Shown here: positions 63,569-64,000 of the stretch, in pieces | How positions within the stretch are numbered: position 1 is the first letter of the stretch | How the letters are laid out: each line of letters begins with the position of its first letter | NCBI GenBank assembly: GCA_964016885.1 | Contig: OZ024740.1 | Span: forward strand, 302,684,001-302,748,000 | Length of the DNA: 64,000 nt | Origin: Eledone cirrhosa | Lineage: Eukaryota | Direction: 5' to 3' | The notes under the pieces: model-generated | The model's input: only the letters and a program-made list of their open reading frames with translations | Database searches by the model: none | What the model was told of the DNA's origin: nothing | Made by a program: the position numbers and the translations under genes

Positions 63569-63653
63569 ACCCTCTGACGAAAGTCTTCCTTTTCAATGGA
63601 TTTCCGTATGGATTATCCATTTATTTCGAGACTTGAAACCGTACGGTAAGGGT
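63569..63653 (+). ncRNA. Type I HHR with extended loop II in an unassigned fragment (~63310-63725)
   Basis: accct CTGACGA aagtct...agactt GAAA ccgtacgg TA agggt. Confidence 0.88.
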
Positions 63654-63724
63654 AATTACAGCAGGTAGAGTGAACTTTTTAAAATTCATTTATTTTAAAA
63701 CTTTTTCTTATTTGCTAAACCTTG

Positions 63725-63770
<46 letters not shown>

Positions 63771-64000
63771 GAGAGAGATACATGTGTGTATGTATGTGTG
63801 TATGTATGTGTGTATATATATATATTAGAATGTATTTTAAAATATTTAAAACATACAAACTTGAACTCAATAGATACTCAATACATAGGTATGTATGTCT
63901 GTATGTGACCCAATCAACTGTGGCCCTGGTACCAAATAAAATAGGTGATGTACGAAACTGTGGCCTTGTTATCTAATGATATAGATGACCCAATCAATTT

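Overview
This is an AT-rich eukaryotic (metazoan) window with no recognisable host protein-coding gene. The SINE and microsatellite content suggests a cephalopod/octopus-like genome, but that is inference. Almost all short ORFs in the track are translations of (AT)n/(GT)n microsatellites. Positions ~1-33 kb and ~60-64 kb are a nest of Penelope-like elements (PLEs) inserted into long (AT)n tracts. They include a near-full-length Naiad-like RT + GIY-YIG element (3.65-7.04 kb, one frameshift), a truncated sibling (60.5-63.2 kb), two further Naiad-like families (16.5-18.8 kb, 20.2-24.3 kb) and a Neptune-like GIY-YIG fragment (19.5-19.9 kb). Reading by eye I find about 35 type I hammerhead ribozyme (HHR) motifs, intact or degenerate, from roughly ten sequence families. 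Several lie in non-coding tandem or circularly permuted units of 310, ~469 and ~555 bp that look like retrozyme/viroid-like circular-RNA mobile elements. The best example is a 310-bp, highly self-complementary unit in ~8.6 near-identical copies with a head-to-head inversion. Many insertions have a fold-back, two-tailed structure ending in microhomology to the microsatellite, and some join arms from different families. Positions 33-60 kb are ordinary repeat-rich DNA with R4/Dong-like LINE remnants and tRNA-derived SINEs.
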